Shown here piece by piece: positions 1 through 8,333 of a stretch of 55,322 nt of DNA. Location of the stretch: the NCBI GenBank assembly GCA_015064025.1, contig SVSZ01000003.1:1-55322 (forward strand). The letters are read 5' to 3'. Position 1 is the first letter of the stretch. Each line of letters begins with the position of its first letter. The stretch comes from Oscillospiraceae bacterium. GTDB taxonomy: Bacteria; Bacillota; Clostridia; Oscillospirales; CAG-272. The notes beneath the pieces are model-generated. The model was not told where the DNA came from and made no database searches. It was given only the letters and a program-made list of their open reading frames with translations. The translations under genes were made by a program, and so were the position numbers.

Positions 1-52
1 CATTTTTGATCATATGGAACTTTATCTGCGTCATATGCTCCAAAAAAGTCCG

Positions 53-397
53 TTATGATAGGATAGCATTCTGAATACATTTTGCGGCATAGGTAGCAAA
101 GCGGACACCGTTGTTCATACTAAAGCTGTCTACCGCCTTGATCAGGCCGATGGTTCCGATGGAGATCAGGTCCTCCGGACTGCGTGCGGTGGAATAATAT
201 TTGCGTACGATATGAGAAACGAGTCGAAGATTGTGCAGGATCAGAAGCTGGCGAGCTTCTTCATCTCCGTTCTTCATTTTCAAAAAGCACGCTTTTTCCT
301 CCTCATCGGCAAGCGGAGGGGGAAAATTCTGCGGCATTCCGACGCCAAGGATCATATGAATGATCTTTGTCAAAAATGCAAAAAGCGTCAAAATCAT
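53..397 (-). CDS. sigK: Sporulation sigma factor sigma-K (pro-form), 5' segment only: hydrophobic pro-peptide plus regions 1.2-2.4. The frame stops right after ...ATYAAKCIQNAILS
   Basis: Translation shows FPPPL..EEE..GDEEAR..LILHNLRLVSHIVRKY, EDLISIGTIGLIKAV and ATYAAKCI, typical of the SigE/SigK group. The short hydrophobic leader before FPxPL and the absence of spoIIGA upstream favour SigK. It is only 114 aa, versus about 230 aa for a full sigma. None of the three frames in bases 1-52 continues into region 3/4. Confidence 0.7.
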   Translation of the reverse strand: MILTLFAFLTKIIHMILGVGMPQNFPPPLADEEEKACFLKMKNGDEEARQLLILHNLRLVSHIVRKYYSTARSPEDLISIGTIGLIKAVDSFSMNNGVRFATYAAKCIQNAILS

Positions 398-488
398 AAC
401 GGTTTCCTCCCATATTTGATTTTACGATTTCACTATATGAGAGAGGGGTTGTATTTTTTGCTTGTACGTCGAATTTTTGCCTTTTTCA

Positions 489-517
489 TTGACAAAGCGC
501 GTCCGATATGGTATACT
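489..517 (+). promoter_or_regulatory. Sigma-A type promoter upstream of pfk: TTGACA, 17 nt spacer, TATACT with a TG extension
   Basis: TTGACA at 489-494, 17-nt spacer, tgGTATACT at 510-517, about 35 nt upstream of the ATG at 554. Confidence 0.5.
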
Positions 518-553
518 TTTTTTGATAAAAATCCAAGAAACGGAGACGTAATT

Positions 554-1792
554 ATGAATCAGCTTTACGGGAATGCGGTAGTAGGTCAGAGCGGAGGTCC
601 CACCGCCGCGATCAATGCAACGCTTGCGGGAGTGATCCGCGGTGTTAAGGAGCATATTGACGGCGGTCTTATCGGCACCCTTTACGGAATGCGTAACGGT
701 ATCGACGGCTTTATGAAGGAGCGTCTTATCAATCTTTCCGCTTATTTCGATAGCGAAGAAAAGCTGCAGCTGCTTGAGCATACGCCGGCGGCAGCGCTTG
801 GCTCCTGCCGAAAAAAGCTTCCCAAGCTCGGCGAGAACGATGCCTTTTACGAGAGTATGATCGAGCTCTTTAAAAAGTATAATATCCGTTATTTCTTTTA
901 CATCGGCGGCAACGATTCGATGGATACCGTTGCAAAGCTTTCCGCATACACCAAGAGTCACAGCTACGAAATGGTGATTCTCGGTGTACCGAAGACGATC
1001 GACAACGACCTTGTCGGTACGGATCACACTCCCGGCTTCGGCTCTGCCGCAAAATATATTTGTGCAACCGTGCAGGAGATCATTCGTGATTGCGCCGTTT
1101 ACACGGTGCCCGCAGTTACGATCGTTGAGATTATGGGACGCGACGCAGGATGGTTGACCGCCGCCTCCGCGATCGGGCGCGTTGTCAATGGAATCGCCCC
1201 CGATCTTGTGTATCTTCCCGAGCGTACCTTTGACATGGAGCGGTTCTTTTCCGACGTACGCGCGGCGCTTGAGAAGCATCCGAATGTGGTCGTTGCCGTT
1301 TCCGAGGGAATTCGCTTTGCAGACGGGCGCTACGTAGGCGAGGGAACGCAAACGGGTGCAACCGATGCGTTCGGTCACGCATATCTTGCGGGAACGGGGA
1401 AGGCACTTGAGCTTGCGGTAAAGGCAGAGATCGGATGCAAGGTCCGTTCGATCGAGCTCAATCTCCCGCAAAGATGTGCGGCACACCTTGCTTCCGCAAC
1501 CGACCTTTGCGAGTCCGTTTCCACGGGTCGCGCAGCGGTCAAGTGTGCAGGTGAGGGGACTTCGAGATGTATGATCACCGCACAGCGCGAGGAGGGCGAA
1601 TATCGTTTGACCTTTGTACCGAGGGACGTCTCCGAAATTGCAAACAAAATCAAGTACGTTGACGATTCGTTTATCAATCCGGAAGGGAATCACGTAACCG
1701 ATGCGTGCTGCCACTATCTTCTCCCCTTGATCCAAGGCGAGGCACACGGATGCTTCGAAAACGGACTCCCCAAGCATCTGATTCTCGAATGA
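554..1792 (+). CDS. pfp: 6-phosphofructokinase, PfkA family. The GGNDS motif suggests the PPi-dependent (Pfp) type
   Basis: MNQLYGNAVVGQSGGPTAAINA, IGGNDSMDT, PKTIDND and EIMGRDAGWL motifs. I chose the internal ATG at 554 over the long 212 ORF start because the conserved N-terminus begins there. Confidence 0.85.
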   Translation: MNQLYGNAVVGQSGGPTAAINATLAGVIRGVKEHIDGGLIGTLYGMRNGIDGFMKERLINLSAYFDSEEKLQLLEHTPAAALGSCRKKLPKLGENDAFYESMIELFKKYNIRYFFYIGGNDSMDTVAKLSAYTKSHSYEMVILGVPKTIDNDLVGTDHTPGFGSAAKYICATVQEIIRDCAVYTVPAVTIVEIMGRDAGWLTAASAIGRVVNGIAPDLVYLPERTFDMERFFSDVRAALEKHPNVVVAVSEGIRFADGRYVGEGTQTGATDAFGHAYLAGTGKALELAVKAEIGCKVRSIELNLPQRCAAHLASATDLCESVSTGRAAVKCAGEGTSRCMITAQREEGEYRLTFVPRDVSEIANKIKYVDDSFINPEGNHVTDACCHYLLPLIQGEAHGCFENGLPKHLILE

Positions 1793-1862
1793 TTTGAATT
1801 CCTCGTTCTAATTCCTTTCGTACGACCGTACATTGTATCGATGTCGTATAGGAGGAATATCA

Positions 1863-2963
1863 ATGGAACGGATAGTTGTTGTAATCGGGACACGCCCTGA
1901 AGCGATCAAGCTTTGTCCCTTGATAAACGAGCTCAAACGAAGAAACCGCTGGGACGTTCGCGTGATGTCGACGGGGCAGCACCGCGCGATGCTTGACAGT
2001 GCGCTCTCAGCATTTGACGTAACGCCCGATTTTGATCTTGGCGTTATGCGTCGCGGTCAAACGCTTTCAGATCTCGGCACGCGAATTCTTGACGGGGCAG
2101 CGGCACTTTTTCGCGCGAAAAAGCCCTCTCTCGTCGTAGTGCAGGGAGATACGGCTTCCGCTTTTTTTGCCGCACTCGCCGCATTTTACCAGGGGATCCC
2201 CGTGGCTCACGTAGAAGCGGGGCTCCGCACCTATCGGATGGACTCTCCATTTCCCGAGGAGCTTCACCGCAGAGCGATTGCCTTGCTTGCAAAATATCAC
2301 TTCGCCCCTACAGAAGATGCACGTAGAAATCTTTTGAACGAGGGCGTGCCCCATTCCTCCGTCATCGTAACGGGGAACACGGTAGTGGATGCTCTCCGCT
2401 ATACACTGACCGAGAAAAAGGTGGATTTGCCACCGCTTTTGTCAAGCGATGCAAGAGTTCTTCTGTTCACTGCACACAGAAGGGAATCACAGGGGGAATG
2501 CCTTGGCGGAATGCTTCGTGCGTTGCGAGATGTTGTCGAAGCACACGAGGACGTCGTTGCGCTCGTTCCCGTGCATCGAAATCCCGCGGTAAGAGCCGAA
2601 ACGCTCGACGTTCTCAAAGGCGCACCGCGCATTCGCTTGATCGAGCCCCCCTCCTTCGTTACGTTTCACCATTTGCTTTCCAAGGCGTTTCTTGTTCTTA
2701 CGGATAGCGGAGGAATTCAAGAGGAGGCTGTCGCGTTAGGCGTACCGACGCTTGTGATGAGAGATCATACGGAGAGAGCCGAGGGGATTCGCGCCGGAGT
2801 CTTGCGCTTGGTGGGAACCAATGAAAAAAACATACGAAACACCGCCAATCGGTTGCTTTCTCAAAATTCGCTTGAATATTCGGCAATGAAACAGCCGTCT
2901 GACGTTTTTGGAGACGGATATGCAAGCGTTTCGATCGCTGATTTTTTAGAAACGGTAATATAA
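1863..2963 (+). CDS. wecB: UDP-N-acetylglucosamine 2-epimerase (non-hydrolysing)
   Basis: N-terminus RIVVVIGTRPEAIKLCPL, plus HVEAGLRT and LTDSGGIQEEA motifs characteristic of the WecB/MnaA family. Confidence 0.9.
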   Translation: MERIVVVIGTRPEAIKLCPLINELKRRNRWDVRVMSTGQHRAMLDSALSAFDVTPDFDLGVMRRGQTLSDLGTRILDGAAALFRAKKPSLVVVQGDTASAFFAALAAFYQGIPVAHVEAGLRTYRMDSPFPEELHRRAIALLAKYHFAPTEDARRNLLNEGVPHSSVIVTGNTVVDALRYTLTEKKVDLPPLLSSDARVLLFTAHRRESQGECLGGMLRALRDVVEAHEDVVALVPVHRNPAVRAETLDVLKGAPRIRLIEPPSFVTFHHLLSKAFLVLTDSGGIQEEAVALGVPTLVMRDHTERAEGIRAGVLRLVGTNEKNIRNTANRLLSQNSLEYSAMKQPSDVFGDGYASVSIADFLETVI

Positions 2964-2992
2964 TCTGCAACAAACAAAGAAAGGACGTACAC

Positions 2993-3802
2993 ATGAAGTT
3001 TTTTACGCACGAAATAAAGGTCGGGGAGTTCTGTGCCCCCTTGCGTGCCTATCTTCCGGATGGCGCACCGCACGGCTTTTTCAAAAGCAATCGTCCCGCA
3101 ATCATTGTTTTTCCGGGCGGAGGATATTCACTTACCTACGGTGGAGAGGCAGAGCCGATCGCGCTTGCTTACGCCGCCGCGGGCTTTTGTGCCTTTGTGC
3201 TTGATTACAGCGTCTATCCCGCAAGATTTCCGCAGGCGCTTCTTGAAGGGCTCCGCTCGATCCGCTTCGTCAGAGAAAAAGCCGAGGAATACGGAATTGA
3301 TCCGAATCGCATCTCTGTCTGCGGCTTCTCCGCAGGCGGTCATCTTGCGGCTTGCACGGGAACGCTCTGGAATCATAAATGCCTCGACGGACTCCTGGAA
3401 GGAGATCGTACGCTGTATCGTCCCAATACACTCGTTCTTTCTTATCCCGTAATCAACCCGTTGCATCGCGGATCTTTTTTGAATTTATTCAGTAAAAACG
3501 AGGATGAACTCACCGAAGAGGTGGTAGAGCTTCTTTCCTTGGAATATCAGGTTTCTTCGGATACGCCGCCAACATTCCTTTGGCACAATTCGGACGACGC
3601 TGCCGTTCCCGTCGAATCGTCACTGGTGTTCGGACTTGCTTTGACACGAAATAAAATCCCGTTTGAAATGCGGATTTGGGAAAGCGGAGGACACGGTTGT
3701 TGCCTCGGCACCTACGTCACCAAAGAGGCGCATCGAATCGAGGCACCGTTAGATTGCCACGCTTGGGTAAGTGAATCCGTAAAATTTTTGCTCCGTCACT
3801 AA
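2993..3802 (+). CDS. Alpha/beta hydrolase, acetyl-esterase/lipase-like
   Basis: FPGGGY oxyanion-type motif, GFSAGGHLA nucleophile elbow (GxSxG), C-terminal GGHG. About 269 aa. Confidence 0.75.
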   Translation: MKFFTHEIKVGEFCAPLRAYLPDGAPHGFFKSNRPAIIVFPGGGYSLTYGGEAEPIALAYAAAGFCAFVLDYSVYPARFPQALLEGLRSIRFVREKAEEYGIDPNRISVCGFSAGGHLAACTGTLWNHKCLDGLLEGDRTLYRPNTLVLSYPVINPLHRGSFLNLFSKNEDELTEEVVELLSLEYQVSSDTPPTFLWHNSDDAAVPVESSLVFGLALTRNKIPFEMRIWESGGHGCCLGTYVTKEAHRIEAPLDCHAWVSESVKFLLRH

Positions 3803-3813
3803 ATAAATATCCC

Positions 3814-3860
3814 AAAAGGACCTTCCCGAAATTCTCCCGGAAGGTCCTTTTGCCGTTTTT
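3814..3860 (+). terminator. Rho-independent terminator after the esterase gene
   Basis: GGACCTTCC / GGAAGGTCC stem followed by TTTTGCCGTTTTT. Confidence 0.75.
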
Positions 3861-3914
3861 GCAAAAAAATCAAAAAAAATATTGACAAAAAAATAACTTT
3901 TTCTCAAAAAGCTA

Positions 3915-3943
3915 TGGACTTTTAAAGAAAAATGTAGTATAAT
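3915..3943 (+). promoter_or_regulatory. Candidate sigma-A promoter of the hydrogenase operon: TGGACT, 17 nt spacer, TATAAT
   Basis: TGGACT at 3915-3920, 17-nt spacer, TATAAT at 3938-3943. It leaves a leader of about 120 nt before the ATG at 4068. Confidence 0.45.
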
Positions 3944-4067
3944 AAGATGTCCAATTATGTGAACGACGTTTTGCTGAAAAAAACAGCTGAATGCAGAAGC
4001 TGTTTCGGTGCTTTACGCACAGCAAGATCTTGTTCCGAAACAAAATATTTCAGGAGGTTTTGGGATT

Positions 4068-4562
4068 ATGAAAAAGAAATTGACTACGGTCGATTTTCAC
4101 GGGACAAAAGAGCAGGAAGAAAAGCTGCTTGCCGTCATTGAAAAGCATGCCGGCGAGAAGGGCGCGATGATGCCCATTCTTCAGGGGGCACAGGAGATCT
4201 ACGGATATCTGCCGATCGAGGTGCAAGAAATCATTGCATTGAAGACGGGCGTATCTCTTGAGGAGATCTTCGGAATCGTTTCTTTCTATGCACAGTTCAA
4301 GCTGAATCCCGACGGTCAGTATGCGATTGCCGTTTGTTTGGGTACCGCTTGCTATGTCAAGGGGGCCGGTGATATCATCAATGCGATCTCCGAGAAGCTC
4401 GGTGTTGCTATCGGAAGCACTTCTCCCGACGGGAAATACTCGATCGAGGCAACCCGTTGCATCGGCGCGTGCGGTCTCGCTCCCGTTTTGACTGTAAACG
4501 GTGAGGTTTACGGAAGACTTACCGTAGACGACGTTGATACCATTCTTGCAAAGTATAAATAA
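4068..4562 (+). CDS. nuoE: NuoE-like [2Fe-2S] subunit (HydC/gamma) of a multimeric NAD(P)-linked [FeFe]-hydrogenase
   Basis: AGGAGG RBS at 4052-4057. Thioredoxin-like 2Fe-2S pattern ...VCLGTACYVKG...CIGACGLAPV..., typical of NuoE/HndA. Confidence 0.85.
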   Translation: MKKKLTTVDFHGTKEQEEKLLAVIEKHAGEKGAMMPILQGAQEIYGYLPIEVQEIIALKTGVSLEEIFGIVSFYAQFKLNPDGQYAIAVCLGTACYVKGAGDIINAISEKLGVAIGSTSPDGKYSIEATRCIGACGLAPVLTVNGEVYGRLTVDDVDTILAKYK

Positions 4563-4596
4563 TTCGACCTACATCTGAAAGGCTGGTACCGATCGT

Positions 4597-4950
4597 ATGA
4601 AAATTTCGGAGATTCAGGAGTTGCTTGATGCAGAGGTTGTCTGCGGAGAGGATCTGCTCGAAAAAGAGGTTTACGCCGCTTGCGGCAGCGATATGATGAG
4701 CGACGTCCTTGCTTACGTAAAAGATCAGGCGGTTCTTTTGACGGGACTGGTCAATACGCAGGTTGTACGAACCGCTGAAATGATGGACATGGTCTGCATC
4801 GTGTTCGTTCGTTCCAAATCTCCCACAGAAGATATGATTGCCATGGCAAGGGAGAGCGGTATGGTACTGCTTAAAACGAGAAAGAGAATGTACGAGGCTT
4901 GCGGAAAGCTTTACGTCGGCGGTCTCCGCGGAAACGGAGTCGCGACATGA
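4597..4950 (+). CDS. DRTGG domain protein (copy 1)
   Basis: 117 aa with the LLTGL..QVVRTAEMMDMVCIVFVR....DMIAMARESGMVLLKT pattern typical of stand-alone DRTGG domains. Its stop overlaps the next start (ATGA). Confidence 0.65.
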   Translation: MKISEIQELLDAEVVCGEDLLEKEVYAACGSDMMSDVLAYVKDQAVLLTGLVNTQVVRTAEMMDMVCIVFVRSKSPTEDMIAMARESGMVLLKTRKRMYEACGKLYVGGLRGNGVAT

Positions 4951-5369
4951 ATGAGGCGGTAAAGTTTCATTTTCTTGTTGACGGTGAGGATTTTACCTCT
5001 GCGGGTCAGGCCTCTGTACAAATGAAAAAGAGTTTGCGACAACTGGGGATCCCACCCGAGATCATTCGCAAGGTTTCCATCGCAATGTATGAGGGCGAGA
5101 TCAATATGGTGATCCACGCAGGCGGTGGAGAGGCAGACGTACTGATCTACGAGGATCGCATTGAGATCAAGCTCGTTGATCACGGTCCCGGTATCGCAAA
5201 TATCGATCTTGCAATGCAAGAGGGCTTTTCCACAGCACCCGACAATATCCGCTCTCTTGGATTTGGCGCGGGTATGGGATTGCCGAATATGAAGCGGTAC
5301 TCCGATTCGATCAAGATCGACTCAGAGTTAGGGCAGGGAACGACCATTCTTTTGACGGTCAATCTCTGA
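4947..5369 (+). CDS. Small GHKL-type ATP-binding protein (HATPase_c only; SpoIIAB-like anti-sigma/Ser kinase fold)
   Basis: EGEINMVIHA (N-box-like), DHGPGI (G1), GFGAGMGLPNM (G2) and GTTILL. There is no DHp/HisKA or sensor domain. The ATG at 4947 overlaps the upstream stop. Confidence 0.7.
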   Translation: MNEAVKFHFLVDGEDFTSAGQASVQMKKSLRQLGIPPEIIRKVSIAMYEGEINMVIHAGGGEADVLIYEDRIEIKLVDHGPGIANIDLAMQEGFSTAPDNIRSLGFGAGMGLPNMKRYSDSIKIDSELGQGTTILLTVNL

Positions 5370-5408
5370 TTGCCGCATCGCAAAAAAGCAAAGGAGCCAT
5401 GTCCTATT

Positions 5409-6695
5409 ATGAATACCTATGAGCATTCGGTATCGTTGGACGTTTCAAGATGCACGGGATGTACGATGTGTCTGAAGCGTTGTCCGACTGAGGCAATACG
5501 GATTCATGACGGTCATGCACAGATCGATCCTAACAGATGTATCGACTGTGGTGTTTGTATTCGTTATTGCCCACATAACGCGAAAAAATCAAACTACAGC
5601 AAGCTGGATACCGTAATGAAGTACAAGTGGAAGATCGCACTTCCCGCGCCTACGCTTTACGGTCAGTTTGAAGAACTGGAGGACGTGGATTACGTGCTCC
5701 AGGGACTTTTGGACATCGGATTTGACGACGTCGTGGAGGTTTCACAGGCTGCAGAGCTCGTTTCTGCATACACAAGACTCTACTTGAAAACCGAAGGTAT
5801 CACGAAGCCCGTGATCAGCTCGGCTTGTCCCGTCGTTCTGCGCTTGATCGCGCTTCGATATCCAATGCTACGCGATAACATTATGCCAATGCTGCCTCCT
5901 ATGGAGATCGCGGCAAAAATGGCACGTGCAAAAGCAAAGGATCTGCATCCAGAGCTTTCAGACGATGATATTTGCGTATGCTTTATCTCCCCCTGTCCCG
6001 CAAAGGTTTCCTACGTGAGAAATGGGTTTGGAGATTACAAAAGTGAAGTCGACGAGGTAGTCTCGATCAGCGACATCTACTTCAATCTTTTGAACGTGAT
6101 GCGCCGCGAGCAAACCCCAAAGGCGATCTCCGGTTCCGGAATGATCGGCATTGGTTGGGCAACTTCGGGCGGAGAATCATCGGCGATCTTCAATGACAAA
6201 TATCTGGCTGCGGACGGTATAGAAAACGTAAACCGCGTGCTGGATCAGCTGGAAAACGGCAATATATCTTCTCTTGAATTCATCGAGCTCAACGCATGCC
6301 CGGGTGGCTGTGTCGGCGGCGTGATGGCGTTGGAGAATCCCTTTGTGGCAAAGGCAAGGCTACAGACTCTGCGGCGATATCTGCCTGTTTCTCAAAACGT
6401 GCTTTCCGATGAAGAAAGGAAATATATTCCCGACTACTACTTCTTCGAGAATATGCCGACGTATAGTCCGATCCAACGGTTGAGTGAAAACTTCGCGGAG
6501 TCACTTCGAATGATGGCAGATATTCAAAGGATCCGTTCGGAGCTTCCCGCCATCGACTGCGGTGCTTGCGGCGCTCCCAACTGCCGTGCTTTTGCAGAGG
6601 ACATTGTAAAAGGAAAAGCCAAACGCGAGGATTGCATCATCGAGAGAGGACGGCAGGCCGAAGAAAAAATGAAAAAAAGCAGGGGGGAAGACTGA
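5409..6695 (+). CDS. [FeFe]-hydrogenase-like Fe-S protein: two 4Fe-4S ferredoxin motifs, an H-domain with non-canonical motifs, and a C-terminal CX2CX5C..C cluster domain. Putative sensory paralog
   Basis: CTGCTMCLKRCP and CIDCGVCIRYCP. H-domain-like SSACPVV, FISPCPAKV and ELNACPGGCVGG. C-terminal CGACGAPNCRAF...REDC. The start could instead be the TTG at 5370. Confidence 0.75.
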   Translation: MNTYEHSVSLDVSRCTGCTMCLKRCPTEAIRIHDGHAQIDPNRCIDCGVCIRYCPHNAKKSNYSKLDTVMKYKWKIALPAPTLYGQFEELEDVDYVLQGLLDIGFDDVVEVSQAAELVSAYTRLYLKTEGITKPVISSACPVVLRLIALRYPMLRDNIMPMLPPMEIAAKMARAKAKDLHPELSDDDICVCFISPCPAKVSYVRNGFGDYKSEVDEVVSISDIYFNLLNVMRREQTPKAISGSGMIGIGWATSGGESSAIFNDKYLAADGIENVNRVLDQLENGNISSLEFIELNACPGGCVGGVMALENPFVAKARLQTLRRYLPVSQNVLSDEERKYIPDYYFFENMPTYSPIQRLSENFAESLRMMADIQRIRSELPAIDCGACGAPNCRAFAEDIVKGKAKREDCIIERGRQAEEKMKKSRGED

Positions 6696-7024
6696 TGACC
6701 GTTTGTGAAATGGCAGAACGCCTTGCCCTGACACCACTGGCGATCGGGGATGAAAACCGCGAATTTTCAGGCGTTTACATCGGAGATCTGCTCAGCTGGG
6801 TGATGGGACGCGCATCAAGCGACAACGTTTGGATCACCATCATGTCCAACGTGAACGTCGTTGCCGTAGCAACCCTTGCTGACGTTGCCTGCATCATTCT
6901 CGCAGAAGGCGTCACGTTGGATGAAAACGTGCGCGCAACAGCAGAGAAAAAAGGAGTCAACGTTTTTACCTCGGAGAAAACCGCGTACGAGCTCGCGGCA
7001 CTCCTTGCACAGATCGAGCAGTGA
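6695..7024 (+). CDS. DRTGG domain protein (copy 2)
   Basis: 109 aa with ...VWITIMSNVNVVAVATLADVACIILAEGVTLDENVRATAEKKGVNVFTS, same architecture as copy 1. The start overlaps the upstream stop (TGATG). Confidence 0.65.
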   Translation: MTVCEMAERLALTPLAIGDENREFSGVYIGDLLSWVMGRASSDNVWITIMSNVNVVAVATLADVACIILAEGVTLDENVRATAEKKGVNVFTSEKTAYELAALLAQIEQ

Positions 7025-7761
7025 GTAAGTATTATTACGATCTGCATCTTCATTCCTGCCTATCTCCTTGCGCCGACAACGATATGACTCCGAACAACAT
7101 CGCCGGAATGGCGGCATTGGCAGGATTGAACATCGTTGCGCTGACGGATCATAATTCCTGCAAAAACTGTCCCGCATTCTTTGCGGCGGCAAAGAAGCAA
7201 GGATTGATTCCAATCGCGGGAATGGAGCTGACCACGGCAGAGGATATCCACGTGATCTGCTTATTCGAGAAGTTAGAGGATGCTCTTGCGTTCAGTGATG
7301 CGGTAGATACCCATCGGATCAGATTTCCGAACCGTGTGGATATCTTTGGCGAACAGCTGATACTCAATGAAAACGACGAGCCGATCGGAACGGAGGCGGA
7401 TCTCCTTTCAAATGCGACCGACCTGATGCTGGAGGATGTTCCACCCTTGGTTTCGCAGTATCACGGAATCTGCTATCCCGCACACGTGGACAGGGAAGCG
7501 AACGGTATCCTTGCCACACTCGGTACGTTCCCCGAGTTTCCGTCTTTTACTCGCGTAGAATTTCACGACGCAGAAAAGATCGAGGTCTACAAAAGCCTTC
7601 ATCCCGTGATCGATGAAATGATGACACTCGTTTCATCAGACGCGCACTATCTGTGGGACATCAGAGATGCCGCTCACTGGGTGGAGCTCGATGATGAGCC
7701 GTATTCCTCAGAGCTTGTCAGACACAACCTGTTTTTGCTTTTGAAAGGAGACGCGAAATGA
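7021..7761 (+). CDS. PHP-domain (polymerase/histidinol-phosphatase family) metal-dependent phosphoesterase
   Basis: N-terminal YYDLHLHSCLSPCAD, then ALTDHN, and a C-terminal SDAH motif. The GTG start overlaps the upstream stop. Confidence 0.75.
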   Translation: MSKYYYDLHLHSCLSPCADNDMTPNNIAGMAALAGLNIVALTDHNSCKNCPAFFAAAKKQGLIPIAGMELTTAEDIHVICLFEKLEDALAFSDAVDTHRIRFPNRVDIFGEQLILNENDEPIGTEADLLSNATDLMLEDVPPLVSQYHGICYPAHVDREANGILATLGTFPEFPSFTRVEFHDAEKIEVYKSLHPVIDEMMTLVSSDAHYLWDIRDAAHWVELDDEPYSSELVRHNLFLLLKGDAK

Positions 7762-8309
7762 AGGAGCTTTCCTTGAACGTTCTTGACATTGCAGAAAACT
7801 CTGTCAAGGCGGGAGCAACACTTGTATGTATTCATCTCATTGATGACGGGAACGTGCTTATGATGACGGTTACAGACGACGGTTGTGGAATGAAAGAGGA
7901 AATTCTGCGCGGTGTGATCGATCCGTTTTATACTACGCGAACGACCAGAAGTGTCGGTCTTGGCATTCCGCTTTTGAAGCTGGCGGCTGAGCAGACGGGA
8001 GGGGAGGTCACAATCACCTCTCGACACGTTTCCGAGTATCCGGAATCTCACGGCACGGAAATTTCGGCACGCTTTTACACAAAACACATCGACTGCGCTC
8101 CTATGGGTGATATCATCTCCACGATAACGACCCTGATCCAGGGGCATGCAGAAATCGATTTTGAGTTTTTGCACCGCTCAAAGGATTTTGACGTACATCT
8201 CGATACCAGGGAAATGCGACAAGTCCTCGGTGCGGAGATTCCGTTGAACGATCCCGAAATTCTTACCTGGATCGCTCAATATCTAAAAAATCTGTATGAA
8301 AAAAATTAA
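7758..8309 (+). CDS. Second GHKL-type ATP-binding protein (HATPase_c core plus a C-terminal domain of unknown function)
   Basis: NVLDIAENSVKAGA (N-box), DDGCGM (G1) and GLGIPLL (G2). No DHp domain. ATGA overlap with the PHP gene. Confidence 0.7.
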   Translation: MKELSLNVLDIAENSVKAGATLVCIHLIDDGNVLMMTVTDDGCGMKEEILRGVIDPFYTTRTTRSVGLGIPLLKLAAEQTGGEVTITSRHVSEYPESHGTEISARFYTKHIDCAPMGDIISTITTLIQGHAEIDFEFLHRSKDFDVHLDTREMRQVLGAEIPLNDPEILTWIAQYLKNLYEKN

Positions 8310-8333
8310 AACATAAAAGAAAGGAACTCAGCT

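Noticed and set aside
3944-4067. The ~120-nt leader of the hydrogenase operon, inspected for a riboswitch or attenuator.
   Set aside because: It holds only short 5-7 bp hairpins (AACAGCT...AGCTGTT, TTGTT...AACAA), with no terminator/antiterminator alternative and no motif I recognise from known riboswitch classes.
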